A stretch of DNA of 64,000 nucleotides. It comes from Isurus oxyrinchus (taxonomy: Eukaryota). Made by a program: the position numbers and the translations under genes. This document shows, in pieces, positions 11,105 to 22,174 of this stretch. The notes under the pieces were generated by a model. That model had not been told where the DNA came from, made no database searches, and saw only the letters and a list, made by a program, of their open reading frames with translations. Location of the stretch: the NCBI GenBank assembly GCA_026770705.1, contig JANJGN010000026.1:38378001-38442000 (forward strand). The letters run 5' to 3'. Positions within the stretch are counted from its first letter, which is position 1. Each line of letters starts with the position of its first letter.

Positions 11105-12149
11105 TATACCTCTTGAGTCTGTGACTTTGCGGTGTGAGAAATCCTCTATCGGAGCAGAAATACAGATCCCCGTCCCACTGCACTGCTGATCCAACCAATG
11201 ACAGGAAAGGACCAGCTGCAGCAAACTTTCCAATAACACAATCGTTCCGAGCAAAATCAGCAAACGGAAGCTATGGGCGGGATACCGCAGACTCAGTATT
11301 GAGTGAAGTGTGCGGTGACTCTCAGCTGCACATGGAACTGGTGGAGCGGAAATAGCGACGGTTGAATCTGCAGAATTCTCTGACCATCCTGCACCTGCTC
11401 ACTGTTCCACTGACTGAGAACAAACAAGATGGGAGGGACAGGAAGGGCTTAGAATCTTAGAGGAAGGACTGAGGCAATTCGGCCAATCATGTCTAGGCCT
11501 CATTGAAAGAGTTATGTAATTCATCTTTCGTCCCCGCATGTCCCACAGAGCCGGATATTTTGCAGTGGTTCCAGCTCTAAACAAGTGGCAGTGTAGTAGT
11601 GAATATAACCTTTCCCTATCTTTTTTGTTCTCAAAATGGTGGCCTTGTATTTTCGAATTTTCTGCTAATGGAAACAATTATATGCAATCCAGTACATCCA
11701 ACTTCTTATCATTTTCAATATTTCGATTAAATGTGTCCTTTAATAATTTGGCAGAAGAAGGCTAACATCAGTTTCTCTAGCCTTCTCACATTGAAGGCCG
11801 TCAGCCCTGGCGCCATCCCAGTCTACTTTCTCCAATATTTTGACATTCATGTAAATGGCATTTCTTTGGCGGCTAAACAGTGATTTACAAAGGATTATCA
11901 TTACTTTCCGCCTTAAACATCAACAAAGATAAGGACCGAGTCTGATTAGATCCAATTTGGATTTCTGAGAGAACAGACCTGACATTGGTGTTTTGACATG
12001 TGAATCAGTAAACCCGAAATCCGCCCGATGGCCCCAGTTCTCAACCGGATTGAACAGAATCCGCCAGCAGAGGGCGCCACACCCAAGCGTGCTAATTATA
12101 AAGGCACGTGTCACCAACGCCACAGCCAATAAGGATGGTATCCTGAGTG

Positions 12150-12432
12150 AGGTCTCTCAGGGTAAGGGGTCGCGAATTTAAGACAGAGATGAAGAGAAAT
12201 TTCTTCTCTCAGAGGATGGTGAATCTGTGGAATTGTTTACCACAGAGGGCTGAAGAGGCTGGCTCGTTAAATATATCCAAGGCTGAGATGGACAGACGTT
12301 TAATCAGTAAGGGAATCAAAGGTTATGGGGAAAAGGTAGGAAAGCGGAGGTGCGGATTATCAGATCAGCCATGCCCTAATTGAATGGCGGAGAAGGCTCG
12401 ATGGGCCGAATGGCCTACTTCTGCTCTTATGG
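12150..12432 (+). mobile_element. CR1-type LINE 3' end
   Basis: KRNFFSQRMVNLWNCLPQRA followed by a typical 3' UTR. Confidence 0.8.
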
Positions 12433-12567
12433 TTTTTTGGTCGCGATGGGCCTGGCCCCCTGCAGTGTGTGGAATGAACAATGAGATGAACAGAGCCCGG
12501 GTTTCACCTCTCCTTCTCAATCTCTGGATCATTCCATTCACATTCACTGAGAGAGATTCACTCAGAC

Positions 12568-13065
12568 ATGTTTCTGATAATACTGGCAGTTGTGTTTGAC
12601 AGTAAGTACTGGATTATGTTTATCATGGCAGGTTAGCAGATTGATCCAAACAGCTTGTACTGGGAATTAATGTAGGTAACGATAGTTTGGTAAATGGGAA
12701 TTTACGCACACTCATAGACCTGATACAAATTTAGGCCTCTATTTAAGCTCTTGCTCTTTTCTTAATCTATCTTCACAGACGGACTTGTCCAGATCCAGTA
12801 ACTCATTCACCAGTGACATTAACTGCGCTAGTTATGTACAGTATACAATGGTATCGGCAGAAGCTGGCACACCCTTCAAGTTCGGTAATCAGCAAGCAAA
12901 TAGGACTGAAAATAGATGAAATCTCAGGACGATATCTGGCGGCTGCTCACGAGTCTAAGAAGTCTGGTTATCTCAATATAAGAGGCCTGAGTGTGGAGGA
13001 CGGAGCAGACTATTGTTGTGCTGTGAGGCCGTGTCAGATATAAGCCGAAAACCCGCCCAGAAACC
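12568..13065 (+). pseudogene. TCR V pseudogene (paralog of the 54.1-54.6 kb V)
   Basis: Leader MFLIILAVVFD|gtaagt; V exon from 12779 with an FR1 deletion that removes the first Cys; IQWYRQ..GYLNIRGLSVEDGADYCCAVR. Nonamer-like CCAGAAACC 13057-13065; heptamer eroded. Confidence 0.85.
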
Positions 13066-13254
13066 TCAGCGAGTATTTGCTGCTCAGTTAAGTGTTTCTG
13101 ATGTCGAACTAGGACTTTAGTTTGTTCCCGGGCTCACAGAGAGCAGAACCTGACAGGTTTGCTTTGAAACATTTGTATTGCTGCCTTTGGCCTTGTCGAA
13201 ATCAGCAGACAGCCGGCCTGGAAAATTTTGAATCTCGGCTCCATGGCTCGAGTT

Positions 13255-13545
13255 ATAACTCTTCAGTAAATATCTCGGAGCTTACCCAGCAAATTGATGT
13301 ACCAGCAGATGCAGAGAAAGCTCACAGGTATGGAGTAACTATAGCTGATCATTACGGTCTGTTGTTACACACAGTTAACTCAAAGGGATCCAGGGACAAT
13401 TGCTCGACAATACTCATTGCTGTAACAAAGCAAAGTGTGTCAAAATCTGGGATTGAATTTAACACATGAAATAGACAATAATTCTTTAAATATTGAATCA
13501 CCAAGCAGCATGTCCATTATCAAAAAGCACCATAGAGGGCACGTC
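13255..13545 (-). pseudogene. 3'-truncated TCR V fragment (DSVSQDP family)
   Basis: Degenerate leader, acceptor tttgttacag, SYS..CWYI..APRYLLK, then similarity ends. Confidence 0.7.
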
Positions 13546-13629
13546 CTGCCTGGTATAGACTTCAACAGAAAGTAACTAAATTTCAAACGAATGTTGAGGT
13601 GAGTGGGTGAGGTGACATCAGGGCAGCAG

Positions 13630-14860
13630 TTGACTAAGTGTGGCATCAAGGAGCAGTAGCAATACGGGCGTCAATGGGAATCAGGAAGGAAACACTCCGC
13701 TGGTTGGAGTCGTACCAAGCAGAAAGGAAGATGGTTGTGGTTGTTGCTGGATGATCACTGCAGGAGTTCCTAACGTAGAGTCCTCGGCCCAACCGTCTTC
13801 AGCTGCTTCATCAATGACTTTCCTTCCATCATAAGGTGAGGAGTGGGGGTGTTCGCTGATGATAGCATAATGTTCAGCACCATTCGTGACTCCTCAGATA
13901 CTGAAGCAGACCATGTTCAAATGCAGCAAGACCTGGACAATATCCAGGCTTGGACTGACAAGTGGCAAGTAACATTCGCACCACACAAGTGCCAGGCAAT
14001 CACCATCTCCAGCAAGAGAGAATCCAACCATTGTCCCTTGATGTTCAATGGCATTACAATCACTGAGCCCCCATTATGAATATCCCAGGGGTTACCATTG
14101 ACCAGAAACTGAACTGCACTGGCCATATAAATACAGTGGCTAAAAGAACAGACCAGGGTGTAGGAATCGTGCGGCAAGTAACTCACCTCCTGACTCCCTG
14201 TCCACCATCCACTAGACACAAGTCAGAAGTGTGATCGAATGCTCACCCATTGCCTGGATGTGTGCAGCTCCCACAGCACTAAAGAAACTTGACACCGTCC
14301 AGGACAAAGCAACCCACTTTATTGGCATAAAAAAACTGCGGATGCTGGAAATCCAAAACAAAAACAGAATTACCTGGAAAAACTCAGCAGGTCTGGCAGC
14401 ATCGGCGGAGAAGAAAAGAGTTGACGTTTCAAGTCCTCATGACCCTTCGACAGAACTTTATTGGCACCCCATCCACAATCATTCACCCCGTCCACAAGCG
14501 ACGAACAGTTGCAGCTGTGTGTACCATCTCCAAGATGCACTGCAGGAATTCACCAAGGCTGCTTAGGTAGCACCTTCCAAACCCTCGAATACTACCATCT
14601 AGAAGGACAAGGGCAGTAAAAGCATGGGAACAGCAGCATCTGGGAATTTCCCCTCCAAGGAATTCACCATCCTGACCTGGAAATATATCGCTGTTCCTTC
14701 ACTGCCGCTGGGTCAAAGCCCTGGAACTCGTTCCTTAACAGCACTGTGGGTGTACCTACACCACGGACTGCAACGGTTCAAGAAGGCAGCTCACCAGCAC
14801 ATTCTCAAGGGGAATTAGGGATGCGCAATGCATTTTGGCCTGGCCAGTATCCTGTAAAAT
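13630..14860 (+). mobile_element. LINE (CR1/L2 clade) 3' fragment with a nested Penelope-derived insert
   Basis: RT motif FADD..QQDLDNIQAWTDKWQVTFAPHKCQ. Insert 14328-14454 is flanked by ACTTTATTGGCA twice. Confidence 0.85.
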
Positions 14861-16436
14861 GAACAAAAGTCACAATTTAGCGTCGTTCAAGGTAATACTA
14901 TAATGGAAAGTACAGTCTAGCAGAAGATAACGGATCGGGATAATGGATGTATGAAATATTGCTGTCAGAAATAGTGATCACGCTCACATGTGGGAAAAAG
15001 TAAGATATCCAAGGGTACAATCCCTAAAGTGAAGCTCAGATTCATGTGTCGGATGCTATCCATTTGTATAAAACAACTGTCAGAAGATTCAAGCCAAGAT
15101 AGCCACCAGCTGAAGGAATCGCCGTTGTGTATCAAACTGAGCCCAGCACCAGTTACACTGAGCGAGCCAGATTCGAGGCTCTGGGACTTGTGTTGACAAA
15201 GTGAAGCTGAGACGGAGCTTCGGCATTCATGGTGTCTGAGATTGAAGGCTGCGAATGCGCCAGACCATCCATTATGTGACGTACGTCTGTGGTCTGCGTG
15301 ACATCACCTTGTAATCTTTGTGACATCCAACAATCAGTGTGACGTCAGTCGGTCTGGGCTGAGGGTCAGAAACATCTTTCCAGAAGCTGATCTGGATATT
15401 GAGACCTCAGTTTAAGGCAATTAAAAGCTGATCAGAAGCAGGAAAGGCGGTCTAACCTGCAGATTCATTTGGTGATGGATCGGTCGGACGGATCGGAATC
15501 TGCAGCTTGTTTTCTCGGCCTCTGTTGGAAACATTTGTGACAGTTTCTCCGAGGTGAATGCGGTTTCATCTGGGTTCGTGTTTGAGCGGCTGACAGCGCC
15601 GATGAACATTGTGGCTGCACCTGCCCTGGATTCTGTACAAACCCCATCTGGCAGGAGCTGTCAGACAAAGCGCGAAGAACGGAGATGAGTCTGCTTTCCA
15701 TCATAAACTCCAGCTGTGAGCCTTGATCCTGATCAGCTCTTCAGAGTCCACTTTCTCCATTCAGAGAAAGGTGTGACTGCTTGAATGGTGCTGTTGCTAT
15801 TTTCCTGCCTCGCTGATTGCCTGAAAATATGAGTAAGACTGCCCCTGTAAATGCAGCCCGACCGGGACAAGCCAGTACTAGGATAAAACATAGTTCACCC
15901 CATGTAATATCACAGATTATGCTTAAAGCAGCCACTTCTCTTCCATCTAATCATTCGAGGAGTGACAAAATCTCCATGACTCAGATCTGAAATCCATACG
16001 CAAACAGGAAAACCTGACTGGAGGTTGATTAAAATTGAAATATTGGTTCGGATATGAGACGAACTGTGTTTGTTCCATAATTAAATTTTCGAAATGCTTC
16101 ACTTCTCCCCCGTCCCCCAGCACTATTTGACCCCAGTTGCTGGGTGGCTACATTGTTCTCGGGGCTTATTTTAAAGGATGAAAACACAACCTGATGAAAT
16201 GTCTTCATTTTCTATACATTGTTTCTGAACGAGCAAAATACTCTCATCAAATAGACACGATGTGCCGGCTTTGACAAAGGGACCTAGAAGGAGAGAGTGA
16301 AGATGGGGATAGGGCTGCTTAAGAGTTCAGACAGGCGAGGAAAAATCATCGAAAGTCTAAATGTGAATTAGCGCAACACAATTTTATTCATGGAATTCAT
16401 TTTTAGCATATTTGAAAGTTAAAGCCAACTAATATA

Positions 16437-16575
16437 AGTTCTGATGAAGAGTCATACGGACTCAAAACTTTAACTGTATTCTTCTGCGCAGATGCTGTCA
16501 GGCCTGCTGAGTTTTTCCAGGTATTTTTGTTTTTGTTTCAGATTTCCAGCATCCGCAGTATTTTGCTTTTATACT
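16437..16575 (+). mobile_element. Short Penelope-derived insert with a hammerhead ribozyme-like motif
   Basis: AGTT CTGATGA A GAGTC ATACG GACTC AAAAC TTT AACT, followed by the 3' tail shared with the 41-44 kb element. Confidence 0.75.
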
Positions 16576-16727
16576 ATAATATAATTCCCCAGTTGCTGCC
16601 CGCCCGTTCTTCTTCAGCGCTGCCTTTATTTTGATATTTTATTAAAAGTTTGTGATCCTTTAAGTCCGAGCTATTGCTTCCGTTTATCGGTGTGAGTGCG
16701 CCCTCTTCTGAGCACTAACCGGAACTG

Positions 16728-17177
16728 GGATCCGCTGTATCTCTGCAGCATGGCACAGAACTATATGGCACTGTCGGAGAGGAGAACCCCGGCGATATTT
16801 AAAGGAATCATTTTATTTCCTTTGTGCAAAACAGCTGAGAACCTGTCTGGGGAATCTGGAGACTTCTCTGCATCCCCCAAGTGATATATCTTCATTAAAT
16901 ATCTCGGAGCTTCCCCGGGATACTGGATGTACCAGAACAGAGTTGAAACAGCAGCTGTCGAGTAATTACAGTCCAGTTTTATGCTCGGTCCTTCCAGAAC
17001 CGTTAACTCAGGGGGATCTTGGGAAACTGAATCTTTACCATTTGTTCCTGCAACAAAGCACAGAATGTATCAAATATCTGGGAGTAAAGATAACGCAAGT
17101 AATGGACACTGACCATTTAAGCATTGACTCACCGGGCAGCAAGCCATTATTAGCAGTAAGGAACATGGGGAATACAG
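16728..17177 (-). pseudogene. TCR V pseudogene (DSVSQDP family) with heptamer and nonamer deleted
   Basis: V exon from 17047 GTNGKDSVSQDPPELTVLEGPSIKLDCNYSTAAVSTLFWYIQYPGEAPRYLMK..DSAI*FCAM. Leader has CTG for ATG and a frameshift. Only the RSS spacer remains (16728-16748). Confidence 0.9.
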
Positions 17178-19460
17178 GATGACAGGATTAGAGTTTGGAA
17201 GATGTAAGATATAATTGGAAATATGTTGACACTTCTGTTCTGATTGTAAAGACGAAAGTCGGATCAGGGGCAGGCTTCACTTATTGAGAAACTTAGGGGC
17301 GTGTCCCAGCGACAAGATTGGCTGGTCTCTCAGAACTGATGACAGTTGAGCGCCAATCAATGTTCGCTGTGGACAGATTATTTCTTCTGACTTTCTCCTC
17401 CCTGTCTTTCTCGGCCTCTCCGGATCATTCTTGGTTTCGTGATCTCTCTGTCTCATTTTGCCTTTCAGTCTCCATGGATCCATATCCCCTTTCTCTGTTT
17501 CTGACCCTTTCTGACAAACACTTTCTCTGCCTCTTTCTGTTTTTCCCGTTTTGCCTGAGGTTCAGAGTGCAGAAAATCCAATTTATCCCAGTCTCCCATT
17601 TCAATGAGTTCAGAAAAGTGCTCACTTCATAGGAGCAGTTACAGTCGATAAATTATTTAACCGTAGCTCAGAGGCAACATTAAAATTAAAACAGTTATAT
17701 TTAAATCCCAAATATAGCAGGCGCTCTATTGGCATCATTTTTCTGTGTTGATATTTGAGACTCGGCATCCTATTGGAATCTCAGTTGTTTCAAATTGTTT
17801 AAAACAGGCTTATTTTAACCAGTAATGGTTGAGATATTGAAATAAACAATGGAATCGCCAGGATTTAAAATAAAGCTTGAATTAGCCCGCGTGTATAAGG
17901 TCACCTGCACTAAAATGCATTATATTAACAAGAAGAAGAACGCGAGAAATGTGATATAATCATGTAACAGTATCGTGTTCCTTTAACTGGAGCTCCCTGG
18001 TCGTCTCTGTGCGTTTATTGCAGCGGGTATGGGCACGATAACATGGTGTTTATGAGACTGGTCTCGTAATCCAGGAGGTCAAGTAGCTCTCGGAAATCAT
18101 CCTTTCCCTATTACGTGCAACATTATGTTATTTTTCTTTCCCTTCCTAGAATTCCTGCTTCCATTTAGAATATTGTTCATCTTGCTGCATATGTTCCCAT
18201 TACTGAACCTTCATCTTTTTATTTAATCATTGATGAGATGTGGGCATCGCTGGCAAGCCAGAATGTATTGCTTATCCCTAATTGCCCTTGTTGAGAGGGA
18301 ATTTATGAATCAACTGCATTGTTGCAGGTCTGGAGTCACATATAGGCCAGACCAGGTAAGGGCAGCAGACTTCCTTCCCTAAAGGACATAGTGAACCAGG
18401 TGGTTTTTTTATGACAATCAACAATGGTTTCATGGTCTTCATTAGACGTTTGATTCAAGAATTTTTTATTGAATTCAAATTCCACCATCTGCCATAGCGA
18501 GGTTCTAACCCGCATCCTCAGAGCATCACCAGGGGAGACCCTCGTCCTCTGGATTACTCATTCAGCGACTACGCCATCGCCTCTCTCCTTCTCTCTCTCT
18601 CTTGTTTATCTCAATGTCTCTCCTTCATTTGTATCTTTCTTCCTTCATTTTCTTTCTCTCTGTCTCTCAATGTGCTCGTTCCTCAGTCTCTCACTTACAA
18701 ACACGTTTGAAGAACAAGTACTTAGCTGCCCAGGCGTTGCCCTAGCCCTTCGTGATTATTTGATTCATTGAAAATATCCAAGTGTTGTTTTTGCATTAAA
18801 TTCCCTGGGGACTCTTCAGGATTAGATGTCTGTTACTGTTGCAGAAAAGGAGATTAGTCAAATGGGCGCAGCAACAACACAAGACATGTACATTCCTGGC
18901 CATAACAGGCCTCTAAATCTCTCTATTTTATATCAGGACATTCGTTTCCAAAACCAAATGCGGTTTCTACTCATTTTCCAGGCTCCAATTACATTCATCA
19001 TAAATCGGAGCATCAAACCAGTTGATGTGCTCAGTCCCCATCAGACACAATATTTGCCTATCCTTGTATAAAAGTATACTGTGGATGCTCTAACATAAAA
19101 TTTTAAAAGTGCTTTAAGACACGGCAGGTCTGGAAGCATCTGTGGAAAGGGAAACAGATTAAAGCTTTGATTCGAATTTAACTCTTCTTTGGAACTCCGA
19201 GTTGGCCCAACAGCCTTTCCTGAGCTATAGGAGATAGTTGTATCTTTTACTGAAAAGGAAAAATGTGAAACCTGGCTCCAGAGGGCATGTCAGTGCGAAA
19301 AATATATCAGCGTTCGATTGTTCCCTTGCTCTTGTTGACGATGTGAAATATGTTTATCAAAAAAATATATTTGATTGTAAATCTCAATGACCCCAAATTA
19401 AACCAATTCTCCAGCAATATTCCTGATCCAGCGAGTGCAGAAACCAGCAAAACACAATGA

Positions 19461-19876
19461 ATGGAATTACAGCTTCTGGTTTTGATTTTAGGTGAGGATT
19501 TTGTGGAGAATAGTTTTTGCCATTAGAACATGTTTCTTATCTTCTGTATCAGAAGTTATCAGCGGAGAGACTGTGATCAACCAGTCACAGCGGATCTTTA
19601 CAGAAGAGGGACAATCGATTGAATTGCAGTAAAATGCAATCACCAGGGCCCCTGAGAGTATTCACTGGTACAGAATACGACAGAATCGTGGCCTGTAATT
19701 TATCAGGTCAGCTGTTAGCAGATGCACCACAGGCAGATTCTTCAACATATTCATTTACCCAACAAGAAGTTATTACATTCCCGGTAGGGACAGCACCGTG
19801 CACCCAGAAGCTGGGGTGTATTACTGTGCATTGAGGCACTGAGAGATAAAACAACCATTCCGAGCTGACAACCTCC
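19461..19876 (+). pseudogene. TCR V pseudogene
   Basis: Leader MELQLLVLIL|gtgagg; exon from 19553 VISGETVINQ..IELQ*..IHWYRIRQNRGL*..EAGVYYCALR. Degenerate RSS starting CACTGAG at 19837. Confidence 0.8.
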
Positions 19877-20156
19877 ACAACGGCCACTGCTCTCCTCAGT
19901 GTGCTGACTCCTTTGTGAACTACAGGTCCACAGACGCCATCCATTCTGCAGGGACAGGGTTAATAGGATCGGCTGACGCCTGTTACTGTTTCACTGCTAT
20001 CGTTTTCTCTTCATGTTGTTAACCATCAGCTCTTGATGGTTGGGTTGGGAATGATAAACCAAATTAAACTAATCACCGCGATGTTGCTGCAGGTCTGAGC
20101 TGGCAACAGTGTTTGGTTCAATCACTTCAGTTGCAAGCGGAGATCAATGAACAAGT

Positions 20157-20260
20157 ACAGCAGCGGAGGAGTCCATCAATACACCATACAGCAGAGGAGA
20201 AGTCGAACAATACACCATAAAGCAGAGGAGGAGTCCAACAACGCACCATACAGCAGAGGC
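20157..20260. repeat. About 31-bp minisatellite, 3-4 copies
   Basis: CAGCAGAGGAG.AGTC.A.CAA.ACACCATA repeated. Confidence 0.8.
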
Positions 20261-20964
20261 CGAGTCATTTTGCCCCATTGTGCTTGAGTTTACTCTTCGC
20301 ATGGGCTATCCAATTAATCCCACGTCTCCGCTCTTTCCCCAAACCTCCAAAAATTGCTCCTTTACATGTTTGAAACATTATTCAGTTATTTCATTTAGAA
20401 AAAGAATGAAAGAAACATATTCTGAAATAGAGGCATTCATTTCAAATACACGTTGTTTTATTATAATTGTTACGATGAACAATCGAGATATTGTAATGTA
20501 AAGGTATGGTAAAAATATTTCACTGAGCAGATCCCCACAGTTTCTCTGATCTCATCTGCAGCTTGCACTCTCCCATTCTGCTCAAGCCTGTCAGTCAGGC
20601 AGCCCCCATTTCATTCATATGATAAGTGGAATTGGTCTAAGTGACCATGTCGCTTTAGTCAAAGCCTTCAGAGCGCACTGGTCCTCTATATCCACCTTTA
20701 TATTAGGTGGTGTTTGTCTAATTCAACACGGCATTTTATTCAAATTCTTCTGGGTACACTGGTCCTCTATACCAACATTTCTATTAGCTGTGGGTAGCTG
20801 CACTGATCAGCTTTTTTAATGGGAGGCTCCGGCACTGATACCAGCACAATATGGACTATTTCTCTTCACTCCATCCACCTCAGAGACTGAAACAGTTGGA
20901 GGGACAACATTGTGTTGAATTCCTGTCCAGTTCCCTGTTCCATTGATTGCTGGCCGCTCGGATG

Positions 20965-21070
20965 TCATAAATTGGAGGATAAAGGAGCTCTCAGCTGATT
21001 GGACGAATAACAGAATAAAGGATTTGATTGGTCCACCTGCTGACTCTGTCAGGAATGAACCAATCGGCAG
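20965..21070 (+). promoter_or_regulatory. Multi-CCAAT V promoter
   Basis: ATTGG at 20971, 20998 and 21027 and CCAAT at 21060, upstream of the leader. Homologous blocks precede leaders at 28013, 37281 and 57134. Confidence 0.6.
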
Positions 21071-21158
21071 AGACGCCGGATGTTGCTCAACGTTAACCCA
21101 ACTCTTCACGAAAACAATTTCAGGTTCTATTCAAATCCGGCTTCAACTGTCTGCAAGC

Positions 21159-21670
21159 ATGTCGGTTATTACTTTTTATTCGTTCCTCACAACTGCAGCT
21201 CTCGTAACTGGTAAGCTTACAGCTGCAAAATCTCCTTGCAGGCAATGTGTTCTATGTTCACTATGTTTTGTCTCTGTTTCTAATATGCCCCGTCACCTGA
21301 TGATATTAAGTATATTAAAATGATGATAAAAGCTTAACGTTCTGTGTTTCTAAATTTGTACAGGTGTTAATGGTGCAGATTCGGTATCACAGGAGCCGCA
21401 TATAGCGATACATTTCGAAGGACATTCGATGACCATTAATTATAGCTACTCGGGCACTTATAACTCATATTCCTTACAACTGTACCGTCAGGAACAGGAT
21501 AAAGCCCCCAAATTCTTGATCTACATCTCTAACTACGGGGATGTTGTCAGAGCAGAGGGCGTAGGGATTCGATTTTCTGCATCGATCGACACTTCGAAAA
21601 GTGAGGGGAATTTCACCATCCGTGACTTGCTGCTGTCTGACAGCGCGGTGTATTACTGCGGGCTGAGAGA
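21159..21670 (+). CDS. Open TCR V gene segment lacking the first conserved Cys and the conserved Trp (leader 21159-21210, V exon 21364-21670)
   Basis: Leader MSVITFYSFLTTAALVT|gtaagc and cag acceptor. GVNGADSVSQEP..MTINYSYSGTYNSYSLQLYRQEQDKAPKFLIY..FTIRDLLLSDSAVYYCGLR has no stop or frameshift. Confidence 0.92.
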
Positions 21671-21709
21671 CACAGTGACAGGAAACAGAGGGAGCCCTGT
21701 ACAAAAACA
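21671..21709 (+). other. Recombination signal sequence (23-bp spacer)
   Basis: CACAGTG 21671-21677, 23-bp spacer, ACAAAAACA 21701-21709. Confidence 0.95.
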
Positions 21710-22174
21710 CTGCCGCAATGTGATAAGGTGAATAGAATAGGCGGCGTACTGTGGAGAAACCAGAACTTCATTAAATTATCAGTATATCGAGCTGATTTCA
21801 TATAAGTAACAAGCCGAGAGTAGCACATGCAGCATTGGAGAAGGCCTGCTCTGTTCCATTTACATCCAATATATTCTGAACATAATGCAAAAATGTGTTT
21901 AGAGATTTCGTAAAATTTTGAAAATTAAAGGTCTTAGGGCAGAAATGCTCAGCAAAGTATTTGACAGTGTGTTCCGGCCGTTACAGGAGGTACACACAAT
22001 AAGAAAATGCAGCAGCAGGTATGTAACACTGCGGGTCGCTCAGGAAAAGAAGAACAGGCTTTGCATTTACATAACGTACTGCGCTCTGTGTTCAGATTTG
22101 CCGAAGTGCTTCCAGCAAAATTCCGAATGCATTCTTTTTCAATTTGGCTTGTGCGTTCTGTCGTTTTACAGACC

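Noticed and set aside
20085-20160. Acceptor followed by GLSWQQCLVQS, resembling a V start
   Set aside because: Runs into a minisatellite before any diagnostic V motif.
20157-20260. CRISPR-like appearance of short repeats
   Set aside because: Vertebrate minisatellite with no unique spacers and no cas genes.
21364-21670. Assignment of any V here as IgH, IgNAR or NARTCR type
   Set aside because: Framework motifs (SVSQ, WYRQ, LSDSAVYYC) and the lack of adjacent D/J clusters fit TCR alpha/delta V better. Exact alpha versus delta assignment needs a phylogeny.
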